This document shows positions 58,206-64,000 of a stretch of 64,000 bases of DNA, piece after piece. Both the position numbers and the translations under genes were made by a program. Each line of letters opens with the position of its first letter. The stretch's first letter is position 1. The notes beneath the pieces were generated by a model. That model had not been told where the DNA came from. It saw only the letters and a list, made by a program, of their open reading frames with translations, and did not search any database. This DNA comes from Patescibacteria group bacterium (GTDB lineage: Bacteria > Patescibacteriota > Microgenomatia > UBA12405), in contig JAHIPV010000013.1 of the NCBI GenBank assembly GCA_018902845.1, forward strand, positions 82,766-146,765. The letters are read 5' to 3'.

Positions 58206-58547
58206 ATGAAAACCAAAAATCCTACAAACCCTAAAGACTTTATAAATTTTCTCAAAAAAAACAACGTTTTAGGATTAGCTATTGGTGTAGTTATCGCCAA
58301 TGCCGCCAAAGATCTGGTTACTTCAATAGTAAACAATCTCATCATGCCTTTTGTTGGCATATTCACCCCAAACGGATCTTGGCGCCAAATTTCATTTACA
58401 ATTGTTAATTCTCAATTCAAAGTAGGGGAGTTAATCGGCGCTTTTGTTGATTTCTTTATCATCGCTTTCACTGTTTATTTCATTATGAAAAAACTCTTGA
58501 AAATAGACGACAAGAGCATTAAAGTAAAAAAACAAAAGCTGATATAA
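58206..58547 (+). CDS. mscL: Large-conductance mechanosensitive channel MscL
   Basis: KDFINFLKKNNVLGLAIGVVIANAAKDLVTSIVNNLIMP, then a second TM. 113 aa. Confidence 0.8.
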   Translation: MKTKNPTNPKDFINFLKKNNVLGLAIGVVIANAAKDLVTSIVNNLIMPFVGIFTPNGSWRQISFTIVNSQFKVGELIGAFVDFFIIAFTVYFIMKKLLKIDDKSIKVKKQKLI

Positions 58548-58580
58548 TCTGTCCCAGTATCACATTTTTTTAAATTAAAG

Positions 58581-58700
58581 TCATTGTCATTCCGACTGAA
58601 ATGGAGGAATCTCTGAACTTGTTTCAGAAATCCCGCTATAAGCGGGATACCTCAGACAAGCTGAGAGATCCCTCGACTTCGCTCGGGATGACATCAAATC
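58581..58700. repeat. Palindromic family A variant (gtcattccgactgaa...gaacttgtttcag...cgggatgacatc)
   Basis: gtcattgtcattccgactgaaatggaggaatctctgaacttgtttcagaaatcc...cctcgacttcgctcgggatgacatc. Confidence 0.65.
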
Positions 58701-59393
58701 ATGTTAAAACTTACAAAAATCTGTAAATCATTTTCAAACACTCAAGTCTTAAAAGACATTAGTTTTGAAATTCCCAAAAACAAAATAGTCGGACTTCTTG
58801 GTCCTAATGGTGCCGGCAAAACCACTATCATGAGAATTATCACCGGGTTTTTGACCGCTAATCAGGGCACCCTGCGCTGGAAAAGAAAAATAATAGATCC
58901 CAGAGATCCCTCCTTTCGGTCTCTGATAGGATATCTCCCCGAGTCTAATCCTTTATATATGTCATTTACTCCGGTTGAATATCTTTCTTTTGTCGCTCGC
59001 CTAAAAGGCATATCAAAAACCAATCTGGTAAAAGAAGTAAAAAAAGTTTCACAACAAACCGACATTGCTTCAGTTTTAACAAAAAAAATAGAAACTTTAT
59101 CAAAAGGATTCAAACAAAGAGTCGCTTTGTCTGCCACCCTCCTTGGCGATCCCCAATTGCTTGTTTTAGACGAAGCCACCTCTGGCTTAGACCCAAAACA
59201 AATTCTTGAAGTCAGAAAATTAATTAAAAAACTAGCTAAAGACAAATCAATTCTTTTTTCTACTCATATACTTCCAGAAGCCAAGGCTATTTGTGATCAA
59301 ATCCTTATTATTAATCAAGGTAGAATCGTACTAGATTCAGACATCAAAAAAGTTAGAAATCTAGAAAAAAAGTTTATCCAACTAACCCAATGA
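58701..59393 (+). CDS. ABC transporter ATP-binding protein
   Basis: GLLGPNGAGKTT, LSKGFKQRVALS, LLVLDEATSGLD. Confidence 0.8.
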   Translation: MLKLTKICKSFSNTQVLKDISFEIPKNKIVGLLGPNGAGKTTIMRIITGFLTANQGTLRWKRKIIDPRDPSFRSLIGYLPESNPLYMSFTPVEYLSFVARLKGISKTNLVKEVKKVSQQTDIASVLTKKIETLSKGFKQRVALSATLLGDPQLLVLDEATSGLDPKQILEVRKLIKKLAKDKSILFSTHILPEAKAICDQILIINQGRIVLDSDIKKVRNLEKKFIQLTQ

Positions 59394-60103
59394 AAAATAT
59401 TTTGATCATTGCCAAAAAAGAATTAAAAACTTATTTTACCAATCCGATTGGCTATGTTTTTGCCATCCTTTTGCTGGTTGTCAGCATTTGGATTTTCTTT
59501 GCCAATTTTTTTATAAATAATCAGTCAAGTCTTTCTTCTCTTTGGGAAATGGTAATTTTTCTTTTTTCTCTTTTTATTCCGGCCATTTCCATGACTTCTA
59601 TCGCCGACGAAAAAAAGTATGGTACCTGGGAACTTTTGTTGACACTGCCTCTTTCTGAAACAGAATTAGTTTTGGGTAAATTTTTGGGACTTTTATTTTA
59701 CGTTGTTACTGTTCTTCTTTTGTATATTCCCATAACCATTACCTTGCTTTTTATTGGCAAACCGGACATAGGCATTCTTTTGGGAGGCTTTTTATCAACC
59801 ATATTTTTATCGGCTAGTTACATTGCTTGTGGCGTTTTTGCCTCCAGTTTAACCTCACAATCCGTTGTGGCTTTTCTTATCTCTTTAGTATTTTTGCTCC
59901 TTAATAATTTTTTTGGACAAGAATTTTTTCTTTCTCGTCTCCCTTTATTTTTAAAAAATATTTTTTCTTATCTGAGTCTTTCATGGCACGCCAATCAGTT
60001 TTCGTGGGGAATAGTCAGCCTGATTGATGTTGTCTTTTTTCTATCATGGACAATTATTTTTCTTATACTAACCATTTTATCGTTAAAATCCAGAAACAAA
60101 TGA
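59390..60103 (+). CDS. ABC-2 type transporter permease (GldF-like)
   Basis: Six predicted TM helices. N-terminus IIAKKELKTYFTNPIGYVF is typical of ABC-2. Translationally coupled to the ATPase (ATGA overlap). Confidence 0.55.
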   Translation: MKNILIIAKKELKTYFTNPIGYVFAILLLVVSIWIFFANFFINNQSSLSSLWEMVIFLFSLFIPAISMTSIADEKKYGTWELLLTLPLSETELVLGKFLGLLFYVVTVLLLYIPITITLLFIGKPDIGILLGGFLSTIFLSASYIACGVFASSLTSQSVVAFLISLVFLLLNNFFGQEFFLSRLPLFLKNIFSYLSLSWHANQFSWGIVSLIDVVFFLSWTIIFLILTILSLKSRNK

Positions 60104-61560
60104 AAAGAATTCTAGTTTATCTAACAAATATCAATTTAATAATAAGCATTATTGTTATTAACCTTATTGTTATCGCCTTTCCCCAATTTAAACTGGATTT
60201 AACCAAAAATAAAATCCACACTTTGTCTCCAAGTACAAAAAAAATAATTAAAGATCTTGACGATGTTGTAAACGTAAAAGTATATCTGACACAACAACTT
60301 CCCCCAGAAGTTGAGCCCCTTTCCCAAAGTTTAAAAACCATTCTAAAAGAGTTTTCCGGTTTAAATAGTTCCAATTTTGTTGTTAAATATATTGACCCTA
60401 GTAAAGATGATGACATAAAAACAGAAGCCATCAGGGCCGGGATTCAACCGCTTCAATTCTCGTCTGTCAAGGGTGATAAGTTCGAAATCAGCAATGGTTT
60501 TTTTGGCTTAACCTTAAACTACGCCGATCAAAAAGAAACTCTGCCTGTTGCCAGTGACATTGGAAACATTGAGTATTTTCTTGTCTCGACTATTAAAAAA
60601 ATGGCTTCCAAACAAGTTCCCACATTATTGCTTTCATCAGGATACGGTGAAATTGATTCAAGCGAAATTCAGATTTTAACCAAATATCTTAGCCAAATTT
60701 ACCAGCTCGAAACAGTTGATTTATCCGACACAGAAAATCAGCTCAATGATTCAGCCACCACTCTTCTTATGCTTGGTCCAAAAGAAGAGCTAAACCAAGA
60801 AGCTATAGAAAAAATAACAAAGTGGGTAGAACAAAAAAAAGGATTCATTTTATTAACGGATAAATTTGACATCAACACCAATCTGCAATCTTCTCTAATA
60901 GAGAACATCGGCATAGAAAATCTTTTAAACAAAAATGGCATAAAACTGGAAAACAAATTAGTTCTTGATGAATCTTCCTCAATTGCTAATTTTCAAGGCC
61001 CAACCGGTCCATTTTTAACTCGCTATCCATATTGGATAAAAATACTTCCCGAAAATTTTAATGCAGATATTCCGGCAGTTTCTGGTTTAAACTCTCTGTT
61101 GTTATACTGGGCTTCACCGCTTACTGTATCCTCTCCGGCCCAAAGCTTATTTACCAGCAGTCAATACTCCTGGTTGGTAGACGAAAACGCCGATTTAAGC
61201 CCCGCCAAACAAGAAAAAATATCAGATTCAGAATTAAAGGTAAGCACCTTAGCTGCCGTTAATCTAAAAGATGCCAAGATTGCGGTTATTGGCGATACGG
61301 ATTTTATAAAAGATCAATTTATAACCAACGATCAAAGTAATTTAGCTGTTTTAATGAATTTAATTGATTATTTTTCTTCAGACGAGAGCCTTCTTTCTAT
61401 TAGAAGCAAAACCTTAGATCCGGCTCCCATTATTCCGCTCAAAGATGAATTTAAGCAACTGATAAAGTGGGTAAATATTGCAATTCCGCCAATAAGTTTG
61501 ATAATAGTCTTTTTTCTTTCTTCTTTTATCCGCCATCAGCGCAACAAAAAATTTGTTTAA
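60100..61560 (+). CDS. GldG-like ABC transporter auxiliary component
   Basis: ATGA overlap with the permease. N-terminal TM, large extracytoplasmic domain, C-terminal TM (IAIPPISLIIVFFLSSFI) as in GldG/PF09822. Confidence 0.5.
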   Translation: MKRILVYLTNINLIISIIVINLIVIAFPQFKLDLTKNKIHTLSPSTKKIIKDLDDVVNVKVYLTQQLPPEVEPLSQSLKTILKEFSGLNSSNFVVKYIDPSKDDDIKTEAIRAGIQPLQFSSVKGDKFEISNGFFGLTLNYADQKETLPVASDIGNIEYFLVSTIKKMASKQVPTLLLSSGYGEIDSSEIQILTKYLSQIYQLETVDLSDTENQLNDSATTLLMLGPKEELNQEAIEKITKWVEQKKGFILLTDKFDINTNLQSSLIENIGIENLLNKNGIKLENKLVLDESSSIANFQGPTGPFLTRYPYWIKILPENFNADIPAVSGLNSLLLYWASPLTVSSPAQSLFTSSQYSWLVDENADLSPAKQEKISDSELKVSTLAAVNLKDAKIAVIGDTDFIKDQFITNDQSNLAVLMNLIDYFSSDESLLSIRSKTLDPAPIIPLKDEFKQLIKWVNIAIPPISLIIVFFLSSFIRHQRNKKFV

Positions 61561-61569
61561 AACAAAACC

Positions 61570-62403
61570 ATGAAACAACTAACAAGTTCCGGTAAATCCT
61601 TATTAACTAGTTTTATCATTCTACTTGTCGTTATTACGGGCTTCCTTTTTTTAAAATACTCCACTACCCGTAGTCAACCAGTCGAACAATTTTATTTTTC
61701 ATTAGACGACCAAGACGAGATTTGTTTTGATGATTTTTGTTTAAACAAAAAAGACAATGCTTGGTTTATCTCTGAGTCAGATATTCCGGTTGAGCAAGAA
61801 ACGATTGATCGCTTTATTAGCCAATACAAACAAATAAAATTAGAGGATCTTATTTCAAAAAATCCCGACAAGTCAAAAGATTTTGGTTTCAATGATGATC
61901 AAAAAAATATTTTAAAAATAGGGGACAGGCAACTTCAAGTTGGCAGAATTACCGATTCCTACGATTCCACTTATGTCAAAAATCCCCAAAATGACAATAT
62001 TTACATAATTCCTTTTACATGGAATCCAAACACGCTCAAGCAGGATTCTTATTGGCAAAATTCCACCGTTACCAATTTACCCATTTTTCAGATTAAAAAA
62101 ATCATCATTAGTAAAGACAACAAAGAAACTGAAATCACAAAAAAAGACGACAAATGGGAAAACGATGAATTTATCGATAAGGTTTCTCATTTAAGCGCCA
62201 GTGATTATTTGGGTCAGCAGGCCCCGTCAAATCCATTTCTTACTATTAATATAGAAATAGAGGACGATAAAACTTATTCACTTGATATTGGACAAAAAAT
62301 AATATCGTGGAAAGAGTCAGTATATTGGGCAAAAACACCAGACAACTTTTATTACCGGATAGAAGCGGAAGATTTCAAAACATTGACTTCATTTTCTAAT
62401 TAG
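61570..62403 (+). CDS. DUF4340-like membrane-anchored protein (often follows GldG)
   Basis: N-terminal TM LLTSFIILLVVITGFLFL. Called by context. Confidence 0.35.
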   Translation: MKQLTSSGKSLLTSFIILLVVITGFLFLKYSTTRSQPVEQFYFSLDDQDEICFDDFCLNKKDNAWFISESDIPVEQETIDRFISQYKQIKLEDLISKNPDKSKDFGFNDDQKNILKIGDRQLQVGRITDSYDSTYVKNPQNDNIYIIPFTWNPNTLKQDSYWQNSTVTNLPIFQIKKIIISKDNKETEITKKDDKWENDEFIDKVSHLSASDYLGQQAPSNPFLTINIEIEDDKTYSLDIGQKIISWKESVYWAKTPDNFYYRIEAEDFKTLTSFSN

Positions 62404-62488
62404 CCTACACTGAAAGTGTAATGTCATCCCGCCACGGCGGGATCCTGTTGGAATCAAAATTAATTATTTATATTTTTAACAAAACAAA

Positions 62489-62926
62489 ATGAATCAAACA
62501 AACTCAAAAAAATCAAAATTCTTTTTAACGGCAGCGCTCGCTGCAATAGTCGGTGCCGTTGGCGGTTTATTATTAGCCCCCAAATCAGGCAAAGAAACCA
62601 GAAAAGATCTTCTTAAGCTGGGTGCAAATTTACAAAAAAAAGTAAAATCAAACGCCAACGAGGCGGAAAGAAAGGTTCGTAAAGTTTTTGGCAAAGTGAC
62701 CACAGATGCCAGAAACAAGTACGATGAAATCCAAAAAAAGGCTCTCAATAAAGTTGCCGCAGTAAAAAAAGCCGGTCAAGGTATAGATAAAGAAAAATAT
62801 TCAGCCATAGTCGATGAAATCATAGAGGAATTTAAAGATGATTTCAAAAGTACCAAAGGCGGAGCCAAAAAAATGGCCTTTCAGCTCAAAAGTGATTGGG
62901 ACAAAATCCGCAAAGCCCTAATTTAA
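62489..62926 (+). CDS. YtxH-domain (DUF948-like) protein
   Basis: FFLTAALAAIVGAVGGLLLAPKSGKETRKDL matches the YtxH N-terminus. The rest is helical and Lys-rich. Confidence 0.5.
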   Translation: MNQTNSKKSKFFLTAALAAIVGAVGGLLLAPKSGKETRKDLLKLGANLQKKVKSNANEAERKVRKVFGKVTTDARNKYDEIQKKALNKVAAVKKAGQGIDKEKYSAIVDEIIEEFKDDFKSTKGGAKKMAFQLKSDWDKIRKALI

Positions 62927-63967
62927 CCTGTCATTCTGAGTCTTTTGTAGGGGCGACCCTTGCGGTCGCCCACAGACATAGCAACCTGTCCGCCTCTGGA
63001 GGAAGCGTAACGAAGGATATAGCAAAGATTTGTGTATCAAGTCTGACAATTTTTTGATGCTCTCCCCATCTAATATTGACACGGCAATTTTGGCACCAAT
63101 TTTTTTAATAAAAACATCAATCTCTTTTTTGCTTAACAAATCGCTTTTTGTTAACACTATAATCTCTTTTCTGCTCGCCAGAGCCTCACTGTATCTTTTT
63201 AATTCTTCCTTTATGACTTCATAATCTTTTTTAGGATTCCCTGAATCCGCCGGTACACAATGAATCAACAATTTTGTTCTTTCTACATGTTTCAAAAATT
63301 TAAAACCCAAACCCTTCCCCATCGACGCACCTTCGATTAATCCGGGAATATCCGCAATTATCTTTTTGCCGGCACTCACACCCAAATTAGGTTCAAGGGT
63401 GGTAAAAGGATAATTAGCCACTCTGGCTTTTGCCCTGGTTAGCTCGTTTAATAAGCTTGATTTTCCTGCATTTGGTAGCCCTATCAGGCCAACATCAGCG
63501 ATTAACTTTAATTGCAAAAACAAGTTTCTCCATTCCTTTTTTTCGCCCTCTTCAAATTCCTTTGGAGTCGTATTAATAGAACTTCTAAAAGCATGGTTTC
63601 CTTTTCCACCTTTTCCACCTTTTACAATTATCACTTTTTCGCCTTTTTCTTTTATTTCCACACTTGTTCCGTTATCATAATTAACCACGGTCCCAATTGG
63701 TATTTTAAAAATCATATCTTCTCCATTCTTGCCATCTCTTTGATTCGTGCCACCCTTTTCACCATTTTCAGCAAAAAACCTTTTTTTAAAACGGAATTGT
63801 TTTAACGCTGTTATATCGTCAACTCCTTCGAAAATTACTATTCCTCCATTCCCTCCGTTTCCTCCATCTGGCCCCCCTTTTGGCCTATGTCGATCACGGT
63901 AAAAATGCATCATTCCATCTCCTCCGTCTCCAGCCTTTATCTTTATTTTTGTTTCATCAATCAACAT
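62918..63967 (-). CDS. obg: GTPase Obg with a repeat-encoded C-terminal tail
   Basis: FIDETKIKIKAGDGGDGMMHFYRDRHRPKGGPDGGNGGNGG is the Obg fold. GLIGLPNAGKSSLLNELT is G1. The last ~30 aa (RFLQRRTGCYVCGRPQGSPLQKTQNDRLN) are encoded by family A/B/C repeats at 62921-63020. Confidence 0.85.
   Translation of the reverse strand: MLIDETKIKIKAGDGGDGMMHFYRDRHRPKGGPDGGNGGNGGIVIFEGVDDITALKQFRFKKRFFAENGEKGGTNQRDGKNGEDMIFKIPIGTVVNYDNGTSVEIKEKGEKVIIVKGGKGGKGNHAFRSSINTTPKEFEEGEKKEWRNLFLQLKLIADVGLIGLPNAGKSSLLNELTRAKARVANYPFTTLEPNLGVSAGKKIIADIPGLIEGASMGKGLGFKFLKHVERTKLLIHCVPADSGNPKKDYEVIKEELKRYSEALASRKEIIVLTKSDLLSKKEIDVFIKKIGAKIAVSILDGESIKKLSDLIHKSLLYPSLRFLQRRTGCYVCGRPQGSPLQKTQNDRLN
62921..63020. repeat. Composite of family A (gtcattctgag), family B palindrome and family C (gtccgcctctggaggaagcg...cgaaggat)
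   Basis: cctgtcattctgagtcttttgtaggggcgacccttgcggtcgcccacagacatagcaacctgtccgcctctggaggaagcgtaacgaaggatatag. Confidence 0.75.
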
Positions 63968-64000
63968 GAGTCATTTTATCATCTCTCAAGCTACATAACT

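Overview
This is an AT-rich (~33% GC) bacterial window with compact gene arrangement. The gene set looks like a reduced, Gram-positive-like or CPR/Patescibacteria-like genome (secDF, ychF, miaA, hup, rny, recA-recX, copA, lon, era, mscL, argS, trmD, obg), but lineage is inference only. SecD ends in TGA and RecA ends in TAG, so the standard code 11 is assumed.

Main points:
1. At least four families of short palindromic MITE/REP-like repeats fill the intergenic space. Several copies sit in-frame inside intact conserved genes: miaA (four sites including a 60-bp tandem duplication), trmD, ychF, the obg 3' end, and the N-termini of several other genes.
2. A ~9-kb block at 20.5-29.5 kb carries nested inverted repeats. 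A ~120-bp pair brackets a 7-kb cargo (HD hydrolase, ArgC-like reductase, NlpC/P60 peptidase, ThDP enzyme, a frameshifted dehydrogenase and MurE). A 91-bp perfect pair brackets a large serine recombinase that has one in-frame TAG. The outer repeat ends exactly at the 3' end of tRNA-Pro(GGG), and all three junctions share a TCGG core.
3. A ~208-nt RNase P RNA candidate keeps P1-P4 and the CR-I/CR-V motifs but appears to lack most of the specificity domain.
4. A 0.75-kb island at ~58-60% GC encodes a membrane-anchored Pro/Thr-rich protein and is followed by a strong GC hairpin.
5. At 33-45 kb a surface-protein locus contains a SipW-type signal peptidase, two proteins with SipW-cognate (TasA-like) N-termini, two lamin-tail-domain proteins, VanZ, and a Cys-rich protein with duplicated C-terminal Cys modules.
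6. An AbiEi/AbiEii toxin-antitoxin pair is flanked by 44-bp direct repeats that duplicate the 5' end of the downstream surface-protein gene. An MNT/HEPN pair and a Phd/VapC pair are also present.
7. tRNA-Arg(CCG) lies immediately upstream of an argS that carries an extra N-terminal OB-fold tRNA-binding domain.

All protein calls rest on motif recognition by eye; no database searches were possible.
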